A stretch of DNA of 64,000 nucleotides from Arenicellales bacterium (GTDB taxonomy: Bacteria > Pseudomonadota > Gammaproteobacteria > Arenicellales > JAJDZL01): NCBI GenBank assembly GCA_965214615.1, contig OZ243952.1, forward strand, positions 2,573,734 to 2,637,733, written 5' to 3'. Below, piece by piece: positions 36,301 to 36,487 of this stretch. The notes beneath the pieces are model-generated. The model had not been told where the DNA came from. It made no database searches and saw nothing but the letters and a program-made list of their open reading frames with translations. The number at the start of each line of letters is the position of its first letter. Within the stretch, counting starts at the first letter, position 1. Both the position numbers and the translations under genes were made by a program.

Positions 36301-36487
36301 CAACGTTCACTTTGAGGTTTGATGTCGGCACTGGTGTAGCAGTCACCGTGAAGGACGCTGAAGCCCCCTCTGATACCGATGCGGAATCGGCGGCAATGGT
36401 AACTGTCGACGAAGCCGACGCATTTGATGTATTTGCGAGTACTGCGAGAAGTACCGCCAATACCACAAATTGCAGGAATTTATGCAT
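1..36487 (-). CDS. Giant secreted Calx-beta-like tandem-repeat surface protein (putative Ca2+-dependent adhesin). At least 12,162 aa lie in the window and the 3' end lies beyond coordinate 1
   Basis: My own minus-strand translation starts at ATG 36487: MHKFLQFVVLAVLLAVLANTSNASASSTVTIAADSASVSEGASASFTVTATPVPTSNLKVNV... The same frame (first base of each codon at a coordinate = 1 mod 3) still reads ...NGYTVGSVSSATVEVEDDD at 58..2. Spot translations are all in this frame: 1441-1480 KVTVDYAEISGGTA, 1801-1850 DTVIPKGVSYKNLSSA, 5371-5461 LDATVSYITVDGTATGGSDFTLIKSTDLVFGK, 7081-7141 GGASGSGSLSFAITDNEIKK, 8571-8690 ATVEVQDDDATTVTLARSGSGAVAEDGGTADVTVTLGRQ. The ORF track lists no minus ORF in this frame anywhere in 1-36487, which fits a single unterminated ORF. 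The GTATxGxD[FY] motif and D-rich module ends (DDD, DNDN) are the Calx-beta signature. Confidence 0.9.
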   Translation of the reverse strand, partial: MHKFLQFVVLAVLLAVLANTSNASASSTVTIAADSASVSEGASASFTVTATPVPTSNLKVNVGEGSQGTNQSILRQVTIPASGNNAGSATFTIGTVQDDVDKPKGSSGTVVATLNSGTGYTVGTSSSATVEITDDDPTVVSLARVGSGAVTEGETAEFTVTLSRELVAGEIIDVPLRINGGGSNWSRDWSVSKKSGSSINSGVTLPEVSVFERTKVVRFRDSGARTATLLLQTNIDYVAEGGDAGGETFTLILGSDTAFDANSRLTNVGGGARRNTDAAMHSFELQVNDFVLPVPTLKVEAPTVVEGDSGTIKFTLSRPVSQSIDIRLFFVGAGCSQISSSVCPPGVDEATWSADYKSASFPVTTTSYTFAPGETSKTFAFTTTDDSTVESTEVFLIGLQGLHPSEATIDPKTPPYGFLSTSGGGSGDVEAYWYVRILDNDNPKNPNITIAPGTSSVTEGSPATFTLTATPTPADSFNVNMMVSGTGNGAPSAEIGSKQVLFPAAANTATFSVRTSDGVDDPTGTVGTIVATVDSGTGYTIAKSISASVEIEDGDPTVVSLARTGFGPIDEGEAVEFKVTLGRALKAGEIVHVPLEIGGAGVVPADWNLSKHSDAKLNKGVSLSRLLSSTPVVIFTGAGAKSATLILTAKRDYTAEGNGSNFETFALALGSSEAFGSNTLGTNVGGGANPHPNPAMHRFEVKVNDVAAVGVPTLKVEYPTFTEGDSGTLKFTLSHPPEEQLVGLVAVVDISGTTTASSNDYSFSLQDRTLVFNRGVTTKTVPFTITDDNVSEPTEVFVFELAGPFTIDSATPPDSFNTFIQPQRPLWNVYIQDNDNSANPIVTIASNDSAVAEGLPATFTVTATPAPTASFTVDLTASDALRGGTRSRQSSILAGSTTATFTVPTIDGTDYSTGATPDIVATLDAGAGYIVGTSSSASVAVNDEDPTVVSLNRVGSGAVDEGQSVEFTIDLSRALVGGEIIDVPLLIGGMGITTDDWGLSDKPGTGLNSGVRLSGINTSTPMVRLRGEGTKTATLVLGVPADNLAEGDGAGAETLEVSLGSNLAFDAQVLGTNVGGGADPHASAAMNSFEIKVNDTTATSSAPTLKVKVPAVTEGEKGVIELVLSHPVSDPVQFFVRSLVCSDALAPRCPEDTGKAKLGEDFSTDFSQSSISLTFAPGETYKSLLYTTSDDSDVELTEVFYFALNSLDPSKAAIDLSTLPDVSKGRNSAGADAYWYVRIVDNDSTANPNVTIAPGDSPVTEGTDATFIVTAVPAPAAGIDVNVAISEVITGAASKQIGSQSVSVPASTGHASTATLTVTTADTVDEPTGRIVASIKPGNRYRVGAVASATVEVEDDDSTTVMLAREGSAGISEDGGTVDVAVTLGRQLAAGESVTVPLVVTGATVGTHYTYALTDDSDSISLSALSPHNTQNPAVIFSGVGARGAILRFTGVDNSDQTARTLSVDYGTGVRAPFSSGLSGGLTTTGSVAVPIIDDENMISVTGAQAAEGNAVEFAVTLPQAAPSGGVGIDYSTSNGRGEQSDASHQVATTADYTSASSETLTIAQGQRSGTVSIATTDDQTYESDHYFTLTLDSTNHFSLNLSANTAIGTITDEQDLPRFGFSTPSTAANEGDGTVTLTVEKTGTTLLDASLSYATFDATATGGSDYTVIKSTDLVFGKDDTSKELTVTLRDDAADEMTEAFTVDLIATAGARLDTASSHSIEIADNDATRVRLSSAAESAIAEDGETTLIIDLNRALTGDEKLSVPLVVWGDASLGSDYTLSGVALSGVSYTNLDSTDLVNEPPTVSFSGAANASRRAVLTVKSIDDAVDETDLESVIVGLGAIDASLAMNLDGGVTGSGLVDFPIEDNDDLPVLSIDAPSTTEGNKLQFTVTLTPQSEKDVSVDYAEISGGTATSGVDYDELPAGTLIFPAGETTRNISITVLDDNSDESMDETVTVQLLSADNATLEGGGITLNSMGTIIDVNPTVVSLARTGSGAIDEGQKIEFTVTLVRELIASEIVDVPLDIGGAGVTTADWFLLGKAGASLNTGVSLSGTGTSTPVVRFSGARAKVATLVLGTPIDNIAEGGGTNLETIDVALGTKAAFSAGALGTNVDGGAVPNPVAAMSSFDIVVNDITAASAVPKLKVNVPAVIEGESGTIAIALSHTVNQSIVVNYSASQCTTSIPCPQGTNAASTASDLSFSSGSITFTPGETVKTISFATTDDNSNESTEAFLFVLDLLNSTKDLVFDAGTPADGTTVSEAYWFVRIHDNDNPANPSIAIAAGAAPAEGTGARFTVTATPTPSANITVNVTVSDIGGGAASGQTGARQVTIPASGNSAGTASFTVGTANDEMDNPKGTAIVATVNSGSGYKTGSSTSAIAEITDDEPTVVSLARVGSGAIDEGEAVEFTVTLSRELVAGEIIDVPLRINGGGSGWWRDLSVSRKSGSSINSGVNLPEVHFSERTRVVRFAGSGARTATLLLQTRIDNVAEGGDAGGETFTLNLGSDMAFDANSRRTNVGGGARRNADAAMHSFDLQVNDAVVPVPTLKVEAPTVIEGDSGAIKLILSRPSSRSISFRVYVGSIDCDRFSEEICPPDVGTARRPGDYNSSSFPRTTTLYTFDPGETSKTFAFTTSDDSTVESTEIFHISMLDLHPTEATIDSKTPPAGFYAFSGGSADVNAYWFIRILDNDNPANPNITIAPGTSPVTEGTAAGFTVTAAPAPATDLTLDISVSETGNIADSNDVGSKQVTIPAAGSQNEGTATLTVSTIDDTVDERNGAILATLDSGSGYTPGTSSSATVDVLDDDATTVTLARSGSGGVAEDGGTVDVTVTLGRELVDGESVTVPLSVTGATVRRHYTYVLTDGGSGVAHDTKLPHSSQNLAVIFSGAGAKTATVRFTAVDNNDQTSRVLNIAYGTGIRAPSSTGLSGGINAAGSIAIPIVDDDAGISLAAASAAEGNAVEFTVTLPQAAPSGGVDIVYSTSDGRAQSTDADYQVATSSDYTAASGATLAIAQGQRSGTVSIATTDDQAYESDHYFKLTLDSTNHFSIDPSASSAIGTITDEDDVPSFEFSTASTTASEGDGTLTLTVEKTGTTLLDSTLNFTTVDNTATGGSDFIAIKDAKLVFGKDDVSKDITVSLVDDTADEPVQAFGAVLSADAHSQLGSTVSHSIEITDNDATEVTLSSRFDGINTGETDRNYAVTIELNRALTGDETLAVPLVFGGAATFGADYWVSAFGSKIPGVRFMNLGSTNLTDNPPTIVFSGEDNAVRSASIVINIRFDDIDENDESLTVELGTLDEKSGTNLGGGATGSGTVGLTINDWSGSPVLSIDAPSAAEGGTLRFTVTLTPMSGKEVTVDYAEIAGGTATQAVDYTALTAGTLTFTPGQTTQHIDVAVLDSNTIDESIGKTMKVQLSNAVNASLMGGGNTLDGTGTIADNDPTVVSLARTGSGAIDEGKAFEFTVTLARTLIAGEIIDVPLKIGGTGVTTADWSLVTKSGMAINTGVSLSNTGTMTPVLRFEGAGAQIATLLIGAKIDNTAEGGGANQETFEIALGSNADFDANTLGTNVLGGADPHASAAMNSFEVVVNDITGSVKPTLRIDIPTVTEGESGAIELTLSRPADKRLVFNFGIDECGTSYTSPCPPGRKPASLDVDFSVQARYPPLLVGFAPGETKKSIPYTTTDDSSVESTEIFYLLLFGDFNANEIEIDPSTLPDDSVDYPHWHAAILDNDNPANPNIAISSGTSPVTEGTDASFQVTATPAPTANLTVDVAVSEAGSFTAAGGIGSKQVTIPSATSQNAGTATLTVSTDDDKVDELDGAIVATVDSGSGYTVGKPPSATVEVQDNDATTVTLARSGSGGIAEDGGTVDVTVTLGRPLVAGESVRAPVVFTGATHATHYTYVFEGGTGVTLYTDEFPFFADNPVVNFTGAGAKQAKFTFTAVNNNDQTERTLLVRFGTGGVQFGPSSSGLSGGISPGRSVSVPILDDDAGVGVTDASAPEGDAVEFTVTLPQAAPSGGVDIVYSTSDGRGQSADAAHQVATGAADYTAASSATLTIAEGEKSGTVSIATSDDQTYESDHYLTLTLASANPFSLNSSASSAVGTITDEDDVPSFEFSTSSTTAAEDDGTVTLSVARTGTTLVDATLSYTTVDGTAIGGGDFVAIAKTEFIFGKDDVSKNIIVTLTDDNDDEPAEAFSVDLGADAHAKLGTTTSHSIELADSDATEVTLTSPVGTAITEMGGTSGGRANFTVELGRALEGDETLEVPLIFGGAAEFLTDYILSTNYTRGADDFIPKGVSYKNLSSADIVNLPPTIVFTGPVGASRRATLSIRAVNDRFDETDESVTLGMGTLDANSGTNLGGGATGSGTVAFSITDNDDEPALSIDSPSAGEGNTLRFTATLTPASGKEVTADYAEITGGTATQGVDYTALTSGTLTFASGETTQHIDVMVLDSNALDESITKTMKVRLSNAVNATFAGGGVTLAGTGAITDNDPTVVSLARIDSGAIDEGQTAEFTVTLSRALIAAEIIDVPLNIGGTGVTAGDWFLGRKPGTGLNTGVSLLGTGTSSPVVRFENGAAEIATLVLGARIDNTAEGGGTNLETYEIALGSNAAFDAGTLGTNVGGGADPHTTDAMNSFDIAVNDIIGSATPTLKVEVPTVTEGGNGTIDLTLSRAASQSISIDLSTSRCSVGIPCPQGAKDASDSSDYSTDAPQSSTTVTFAPGEKFKTYSLTTVDDSEIESTEVIVFRLANLNSTEAAIDSTTPPDGTVSAESYWFIRILDNDNPANPNVTIAPGTSVAEGSPAIFTVTATPVPTANLTVDITVSDVGNSAASGQTGSKSVVIPASGLNAGSAQLSVGTVADSLDELPGQAGAIVATVDLGTGYTVGTLSSAKVEMKDDTPTVVSLARVGSGAIDEGETIEFTVTLSRSLIADEIIDVPLTIGGTGVTASEWSLVAKSGTGFNTGVTVSGENSLSPVVRFANAGSETATLVLEPQIDNTAEGGSANQEIFEISLGSNSAFDASTLGTNVDGGADPHSSGARNSFDVTVNDAAIIPPTLRVDVPVVTEGDQGTIDLTLSRASTKPVTINYIFWVCNLFDSPPCPTGTERAELDIDFVGVPSTFTLRFEPGQVKKSIPLTTIDDNAIESTEVFLFFMGMPNNLEATIDPSTPPDFSDIDFYWHVRILDNDNPANPNITITPDASPVTEGTNAAFTVTATPAPSVNTTVNLTVSETGNVAANSSTGSKQVQIPASGSLNAGTAKLTVSTVADTVDESTSTITARLHSGAGYTVSAASLAAVEVDDDDPTTITLTRTGSGGIAEDGGMADVTVSLGRALVAGESVTVPLTVTGASVTTHYSYILSEDDTGVYLETSGLHSSQDPAVRFSGADARTATLTFSAVDNNDQSARTIVINFGTGSRAPLFSRGSDGVSTHGSVSVPIVDDDAGISVTGARVPEGSAVEFTVTLPQAAPGGGVDIVYSTSDGRGESTDAAYQVATSSDYTAASEATLTIAQGQRSGTVSIATTDDQTYESDHFFTLTLDSTNHFSLNQSANSAIGTITDEGDVPSFEFSTSSSAVDEGDGTATLTVQKTGTTLVDATLSYTTVAATATSDIDFTAIKRADLVFGKDDSSKDITVSLSDDADDEPTETFTVDLIAGTHARLGSTSSRTIEITDNDATQVTILSAANKSFGESAPRQLATFSVELGRTLRDDETLAVPLAFGGDADFGIDYALSTEITEHSGSVIPKGVQFLNLTSTDHVNKPPTIVFTGVAGALRLASLALEPIEDTVEEDSESLTVSLGTLNASSGTDLDGGATGSGTVIFEITDDDYPTLSIDSPSVVEGADSGNASLRFAVTLTPASTRSVTVDYAEISGGTATQGVDYEALSAGTLTFAAGETIKYIDITVLDDSVDESIDETVAVRLSSAVNATLTGGGVTLDSTGTISDGNPTLVSLARTDSGAINEGETVGFTVTLARTLIFGDIIDVPLDIGGAGVTPADWGLSKKAGASLNTGVTLYGETTSTPVVRFEGVGAKTATLTLEAKHDDHAEGGGTNQETYTIALGANTAFDDSKLGTNVGGGADPNTAGELNSFDVTVNDRSALPLLKVEVPTVTEGDSGAIEFTLNRPMDKQIAPIVNVRVCGISTTAPCPAGTKPATPDVDFTMQPEPSQINARFPNEFHIKFAPGETKKSLSFTTTDDSAVEPTEVFDLWIDLFNSKGVAFDPSTPPDVTDVRDHWQARILDNDNPANPNITISPIASPVTEGADARFQVTATPAPTTNLTVGVTVGESGNVTAAGGIGSKQVTVPAAGRSNAGTATLIVSTVADAVDEPDGAILATVNSGSGYTVATATSSATIEVQDYNATTVMLARSGSGAVAEDGGTADVTVTLGRQLVAGESVTVPLAVTGATATTHYTYVLTDGSTGVTLNTQSPHNAQNPAVIFSSSGARTATLTFTAVDNSDQMARTLNIAYGTSARAPSSSGLSGGINATGSAAIPILNDDAGISVTDAGAQEGNAVEFTVTLPQAAPGGGVDIVYSTSDGRGESTDAAYQVATSSDYTAASSATLTIAQGQRSGTVSIATTGDQIYESDHYFTLTLNSTNHFSINQSAKSAIGTINDEDDVPSFEFSTSSAVAAEDDGTLTLTVEKTGTTLLYAQLSYKTVDGTATGDSDFTLIKSTDLIFLKDDTSKDVTVTVTDDADDELAESFTVDITADEHAKLGNLSSHSIEITDNDPIEVTLSSPVGATITELGGTSGGRTNFTVELSRVLTGDEALEIPLVFSGDAVFGRDYELTTDYNFASSGSSDSPVVFFKNLASDDPVNKPPTIIFTNLPLTSKLGILGLRAIDDSSDEELESVTIDLATLDANSGTNLDGGAAGSGTVTFSIVDNDDEPALSIDAPSVAEGTNGATSTLRYTVTLAPVGGKEVTVDYAGISGGTATQGVDYKPLTAGTLTFSAGETTQHIDITVFDDDIDETADETVAVQLSNPVNAKLTGGGATLDGTGTITDADPTIATLARTGSGAMDEGQTVEFTVTLSRTLLAGEIIDVPLEIGGTGVTAADWFVGENPAMGLNTGVSLPAANTSSSVVRFSGAGAQTATLLLGAKVDNTAEGGGANLETYEIALGSNAAFDANTLGTNVDGGADPNSTLSKNRFDIKVNDIKGLAVPKLKVDIPTVIEGDSGTIVLTLSRPAEKSIPFEVVAVKSLCTSASIPPCPTGTEAAQYDSDFTSNFSRIPVNLTFAPAEITKSLSFATTADNAAETTEIFEFLIGSLDSTEATIDSNTPADGFTIGSNPYWYVRIHDNDNPANPSITIAPGASPVTEETDASFTVTATPAPAANITVNLSVSDVENVAASGQTGSKQVVIPATGANAGTATLAIGTAADAVDESTGSISGAVTADLKSGTGYTVGTASSATVEIVDGDPTVVSLARVGTGTIKEGETVEFTVTAARELIAGEIIDVPLDIGGSGVTVSDWRLSAKSGSGLNTGVSLSAANTSIPLVRFEGVKAKTATLVLEARFDHLSEGGEAGAENFTIALGSDTAFGANTLGTNVGGGAKPNASASMNRFDVTVNDVASAVPTLSVKIPAIAEGETGTIELTLSEAATVPIGITVWASTIQGSNAASFQDFSGAFTSGVSLSFAPGQTSKTISFSVIDDNAIESTERFWFRIFDLESNEAVIDSTTPSDGTYNGIPHWHVDIHDNDNPANPNISIAAGKSPVSEGTAATFTVTATPTPNSNVTVDITVNDIGGGAVNGEAGARQVTIPASGNSAGTASFAVGTTTDEVDKPHGISIIANVDPGTGYTTGSVASATVEIFDDDPTVVSLARVGSGAIDEGESIEFTITLSRELVAGEIIDVPLRINGGGRLWWHDLSMSKKSGSSINLGVNLPAVAYDERNQVVRFKGSGARTATLLLQTSIDNVAEGGDAGAEIFTLNLGSDTEFDSDSRRTDVSGGARRNADAALHSFDLQVNDAVAPVPTLKVEAPTVVEGESSAVKLTLSQPASRSIEIGLFIGRLNCTGPDSNDCPPDVGTASFEDFQLPSYPPRPLIFAPGETSKTFAFTTTDDSEVEPTEVFIISLRLLFPGEATLDSNTPPYGFYPTSGGTYGTEAYWLARILDNDNPNNPNITIAPRTSPVTEGTGAGFTVTAAPAPATDLTVNVSVSESGNVAASDGVGSRQVTVPAAGSQNEGTATLTISTIADTVDELNSAILATLDSGTGYTLGTSTSATVDVLDDDVTTVTLARTGSGGIFEDGGTVDVTVTLGRELVDGESVTVPLAVTGATVATHYTYVLTDGSTGVTLNTQNPHSMQIPAVIFSDAGAKAATLRFTAVDNNDQTARTLNIAYGTGARAPSSIGLSGGISATGSLTIPIVDDEAGIGVTDASASEGNAVEFTVLLPQDAPGGGVDIVYSTSDGRGESTDAVYQSASGSDYTTASGATLTIAQGQRSGTVSIATTNDQTYESDHYFTLTLDSTNHFSLNQSANSAIGTITDEGDVPSFEFSTSSSAVDEGDGTATLTVQKTGTTLLDATLSYITVDGTATGGSGNDFTLIRSADLVFGKDDTSKDITVTVADDDDDEPAESFTVDISEGEHAKLGNLSSQSIEITDNDATKVTLSSRFNGSSPREAERSFAVTIELNRALTGDETLAVPLVFGGDATFGLDYTLSLSESSYTGVSFMNLDSADHKNKPPTVKFSGVANASQRAVLLLWIQNDLLIESTESITVGLGTLDGNSGTNLDGGAIGSGEIGFTIRDNDALPVLSIDDPSVTEDGNMQFKVTLAGTAAEAVTVDFSETAGDTATQGQDYEALSAGTLTFAVGETTKFIDITVVDDAIDDPTEETVAIQLSNLVNATFKGGGDTLEATGTITDNDPTLVSLARTGSGTIDEGQTVEFTVKLVRALVAGEIIDVPLEIGGTGVTTADWSVSKKTGLSFNTGITIFGTDTSSPTVRFKGAGAWTATLVLETLVDNTAEGSGADSETFKVSLGSNSAFNADALESNVAGGAVPHTSAARNSFNVTVNDITKRMLKVEVPTITEGESGTIKITLSPAASEQITLNFGLYPCDALNTPPCPPGTKSAHLGNDYGLQGSGNTVFDAVFAPGETEKSFSIATVLDNLVETTEVFNVRLRNNPDDKGVSIDPSTPPDDSGRLLHWNAFILDVDNPANPNITIAPGMSSVTEGANTSFTVTATPAPETNLTVDVKVSETGNFAKARIRSKQVIIPVAGGHNAGTATLIISTVDDFVDEPDGAIHATVDSGSGYTVGTASSATVEVQDDDATTVTLARSGSGAVAEDGGTADVTVTLGRQLVAGESVTVPLAVTGATATTHYTYVLTDGSTGVTLNTQSPHSAQKPAVIFSSSGAKTATLRFTAVDNSDRTARTLNIAYGTGARVPSSTGLSGGISATGSVAISILDNDAGVSVTDASAPEGDAVEFTVTLPQAAPIGGVDIVYSTSNGRGQSTDAAYQVATSADYTAASSATLTIAQGQRSGTVSIATTDDQIYESDHYFTLTLDRTSRFSLNQRANSATGTITDDDDAPSFEFSTTSTSAAEDDGTVTLTIKKIGATLLDATVSYITVDGSATSGSDFTLVKSTDLVFGKRDASKNITVTLNDDADDEPTESFNVDIAAGEHARLGSTTSHAIEIADNDAIEVTLSSSVGAAIAEDGSAIFTVQLGRALAGDETLEVPLNFSGDATFGVDYKLDRDYLVGGGNIKDPNGVSYRNLSSNDPVKRPPTIVFTAVAQASRDTTLAIRSIDDSVKNEGHESVIVGLGTLDANSGTNLGGGASGSGSLSFAITDNEIKKRTLSVVVPTVTEGESGTIELTLTPAASVAKTIEFILYACDAIHRPCPPGTNSAHQINDFTLQGGMNKYDAVFASGETKKSISFTTTEDNEVELTEVFNFALKDHPDSQQITIDPSTPSDGSGRLFHWSGFILDNDNPANPNITIAPGTSPVTEGTNAIFTVTAAPAPASNLIVDVIVGESGNVTAASGIGSKQVVIPAAGQNAGTGTLSVGTVADAVDEPDGTVVATVDSGNGYTVGTASSAIVEVEDDDATTVTLARSGSGAVAEAGGTADVTVTLGRHLVAGESVTVPLAVTGATATTHYTYVLTDGSTGITLDTQSPHGAQNPAVIFSSSGAKTATLRFTAVDNADQTARTLNIALGTGTRAPSWTGLSGGISTTGSVAISILDNDAGVGVTDASAPEGNAVEFTVTLPQAAPSGGVDIVYSTSDGRAQSQDPVYQSATSSDYTTASGATLTIAQGEQSGTVSIATTDDQIYESDHYFTLTLNSTNHFSLNQNANSATGTITDDDDAPSFEFSTSSTNAAEDDGTLTLTVEKTGATPLDATVSYITVDGTATGGSDFTLIKSTDLVFGKNDTSKDITVAITDDADDEPTESFTVDITAGEHAKLGSMASHAIEITDNDPVGVTLSSPGVTITEDGSTTGGRTTFTVELSHALTGDETIEVPLDIGGDAVFGEDYSLTVDYAFKGFTSLPKGVRYKNLASTDLVNQPPTIVFSGVAGASKLAILGLKAIDDSVDEAQESVTIGLGTLIVNSDVSLAGGAAGSGMVSFAIEDDDGRVLSIDAPSVGEGVSGTTSTLRFTVELSAASSRQVTVDYAETSGGTATQGVDYRALTAGTLTFAAGETTKYIDITVLNDGQHELMDETVKVQLSSPVNASLNGGGVTVDGTGTIIHDPVEVSLARSGSGAIDEGQTVELTVTLSRVLVADEIVDVPLDIGGTGVTTADWNLSKKAGATLNSGVSLSSTNTSTPVIRFKNAGAKIATLILEANVDNTAEGAGTTLETFKVALGSNTAFGNPAFGTNVKRGAAPHASASMNSFEVVVNDITGSVKRTLRVDVPAVVIEGGSGTVEMTLSRSFDELTIFGFDGSSCGSYTPCPPGTKPASYGADYSIISEYDQSYQFVMFAAGETKQSFTFTTTDDSLVESTEYIAILQYPEHSNKIEIHPSTPPDYAITPDDAERPWRFWHVAILDNDNPANPYITISSGTSPVTEGTDASFQVTATPAPTANLTVDVAVSEVGNFTPAGGIRSKQVIIPSATSQNAGTATLTVSTDGDKVDELDGAIVATVESGSGYTVVEPPSATVEVQDNDATTVTLARSGSGGIAEDGGTADVTVTLGRQLADGESVTVPLAVTGATATTHYTYGLTDGSTGVTLNTQSPHSAQHPALIFSSSGGRTATLTFTAVDNSDQMARTLNIAYGTSARAPSSSGLSGGINATGSVAIPILDDDAGISVTAASAPEGNAVEFTVTLPGAAPSGGVDIVYSTSDGRSHPTDAAYQVATSADYTAASNATLTIAQGQRSGTVSIATTNDQTYESDHYLTLTLDSTTHFSLNSSARSAIGTITDADDVPSFEFSTSSTTVAEDDGTVTLSVAKTGTTLVDATLSYTTVDGTAIGGSDFTATTMTSFVFGKDDVSKNIIVTLTDDNDDELVEAFSVDLGADAHAKLGTTTSHSIELVDSDATEVTLSSPVGTAITERGGTNRGRTNFTVELGRVLKGDEMLEVPLIFGGAAEFLTDYRLSTDYTFDTVIPKGVSYKNLSSADIAKQPPTIVFTSVAGALGRATLSIQAVNDRIDEVDESVTLGLGTLDADSGTNLGGGAAGSGTVAFSITDDDNEPVLSIDDPSVVEGTNGTASTLRFTVTLAPRSSKKVTVDYAEISGGTATQGVDYSALTAGTLTFGAGETTQYIDITVLNDGINEVVDETVKVRLSSPVNATLDGGSVTLGATGTITDADPVVVSLSRTGSGAIDEGQSIEFKVTLARELTAGEIVDVPLDIGGTGVTTADWVVGEKHGATINTGVNLSGSSTSTPVVRFEDAAAQSAILVLWAQVDNTAEGNGANRETFEIALGSTTAFGEPTLGTNVMSGAAPHASASMNSFDVTVNDITGSALRKLKVEVPTVTEGERGTIEITLTPAASTEKELEFNLYACDFLNTPPCPPGTKSAHQVNDYRLQNGQTRFDAVFAPGETKKSVSFTATEDNEVESTEVFNFSLRSDPGEKQITIDPSTPPDDSARLLHWSAFILDNDNPANPNITIAPGTSPATEGTDASFTVTATPAPASNLTVDVIVGESGSVTAASGIGSKQVIIPVAGSQNAGTGTLRVSTVADAVDEPDSTVVATVDSGNGYTVGSVSSATVEVEDDD
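351..3505 (-). repeat. Super-repeat SR16 (long: A-H)
   Basis: Junction motifs at ~3505 and ~350. C-module marker ORF 2643..2834. The H copy reads LYACDFLNTPPCPPGT (606-652). Confidence 0.7.
3506..6675 (-). repeat. Super-repeat SR15 (long: A-H)
   Basis: Approximate module limits: A 6352-6675, B 5925-6350, C 5560-5925, D 5225-5560, E 4765-5225, F 4400-4765, G 3950-4400, H 3506-3950. C-module marker ORF 5817..6113. The H copy reads DGSSCGSYTPCPPGTK (3781-3830). Confidence 0.7.
6676..9000 (-). repeat. Super-repeat SR14 (intermediate: A-B-C-D-E-H; modules F and G missing in frame)
   Basis: The unit is only ~2.33 kb. The E module end runs straight into an H module: ...GGASGSGSLSFAITDNEIKKRTLSVVVPTVTEGESG (7141 downward). 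Antisense ORF 6933..7331 uniquely fuses the H-type and E-type shadow motifs. C-module marker ORF 8145..8336. Confidence 0.75.
9001..12120 (-). repeat. Super-repeat SR13 (long: A-H)
   Basis: Junction motifs at ~12120 and ~9000. C-module marker ORF 11262..11453. Confidence 0.7.
12121..13372 (-). repeat. Super-repeat SR12 (short: A-G-H), subfamily Sa
   Basis: The G variant is VPLRINGGGRLWWHDLSMS (12861-12915) and the H copy has GRLNCTGPDSNDCPPD (12395-12445). Off-frame marker ORF 12574..12930. Confidence 0.75.
13373..14570 (-). repeat. Super-repeat SR11 (short: A-G-H)
   Basis: Junction motifs at ~14570 and ~13372. The H copy (ELTLSEAATVPIGITVWASTIQGSNAASFQDF, 13600-13700) lacks the Cys pair. 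Confidence 0.7.
14571..17745 (-). repeat. Super-repeat SR10 (long: A-H)
   Basis: Junction motifs at ~17745 and ~14570. C-module marker ORF 16884..17075. Confidence 0.7.
17746..20912 (-). repeat. Super-repeat SR9 (long: A-H)
   Basis: Junction motifs at ~20912 and ~17745. A divergent C-module marker ORF lies at 20097..20351. Confidence 0.7.
20913..22128 (-). repeat. Super-repeat SR8 (short: A-G-H)
   Basis: Junction motifs at ~22128 and ~20912. No C-module marker ORF lies inside it. Confidence 0.7.
22129..25280 (-). repeat. Super-repeat SR7 (long: A-H)
   Basis: Junction motifs at ~25280 and ~22128. C-module marker ORF 24417..24746. The H copy reads TSRCSVGIPCPQGAKD (22381-22430). Confidence 0.7.
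25281..28402 (-). repeat. Super-repeat SR6 (long: A-H)
   Basis: Junction motifs at ~28402 and ~25280. C-module marker ORF 27546..27737. Confidence 0.7.
28403..29660 (-). repeat. Super-repeat SR5 (short: A-G-H), subfamily Sa
   Basis: The G variant is VPLRINGGGSGWWRDL (29161-29210) and the H copy has VYVGSIDCDRFSEEICPPDV (28690-28745). Off-frame marker ORF 28780..29223. Confidence 0.75.
29661..32752 (-). repeat. Super-repeat SR4 (long: A-B-C-D-E-F-G-H)
   Basis: Junction motifs at ~32752 and ~29660. The C module is marked by antisense ORF family member 31902..32093 (MPTPPLGAACGSVT...). Confidence 0.7.
32753..33978 (-). repeat. Super-repeat SR3 (short: A-G-H)
   Basis: Junction motifs at ~33978 and ~32752. 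The H copy reads FFVRSLVCSDALAPRCPEDTG (33028-33090). Confidence 0.7.
33979..35160 (-). repeat. Super-repeat SR2 (short: A-G-H)
   Basis: Bounded by H->A junction motifs at ~35160 and ~33978. Its H copy (KFTLSHPPEEQLVGLVAVVDISGTTTASSNDYS, 34200-34300) lacks the Cys pair. Confidence 0.7.
35161..36412 (-). repeat. Super-repeat SR1 (short: A-G-H), subfamily Sa
   Basis: It directly follows the signal peptide. The G module has the variant VPLRINGGGSNWSRDW (35921-35970) and the H module has CSQISSSVCPPG (~35450-35490). Off-frame marker ORF 35539..35982. It ends at the H->A junction (..LDNDNPKNPN) at ~35160. Boundaries are +/-15 nt. Confidence 0.75.
36413..36487 (-). other. Sec-type signal peptide of the giant protein (about 23-25 aa)
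   Basis: MHK (positive n-region), FLQFVVLAVLLAVLA (hydrophobic core), NTSNA|SA (small-x-small cleavage motif). There is no lipobox cysteine. Confidence 0.6.
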
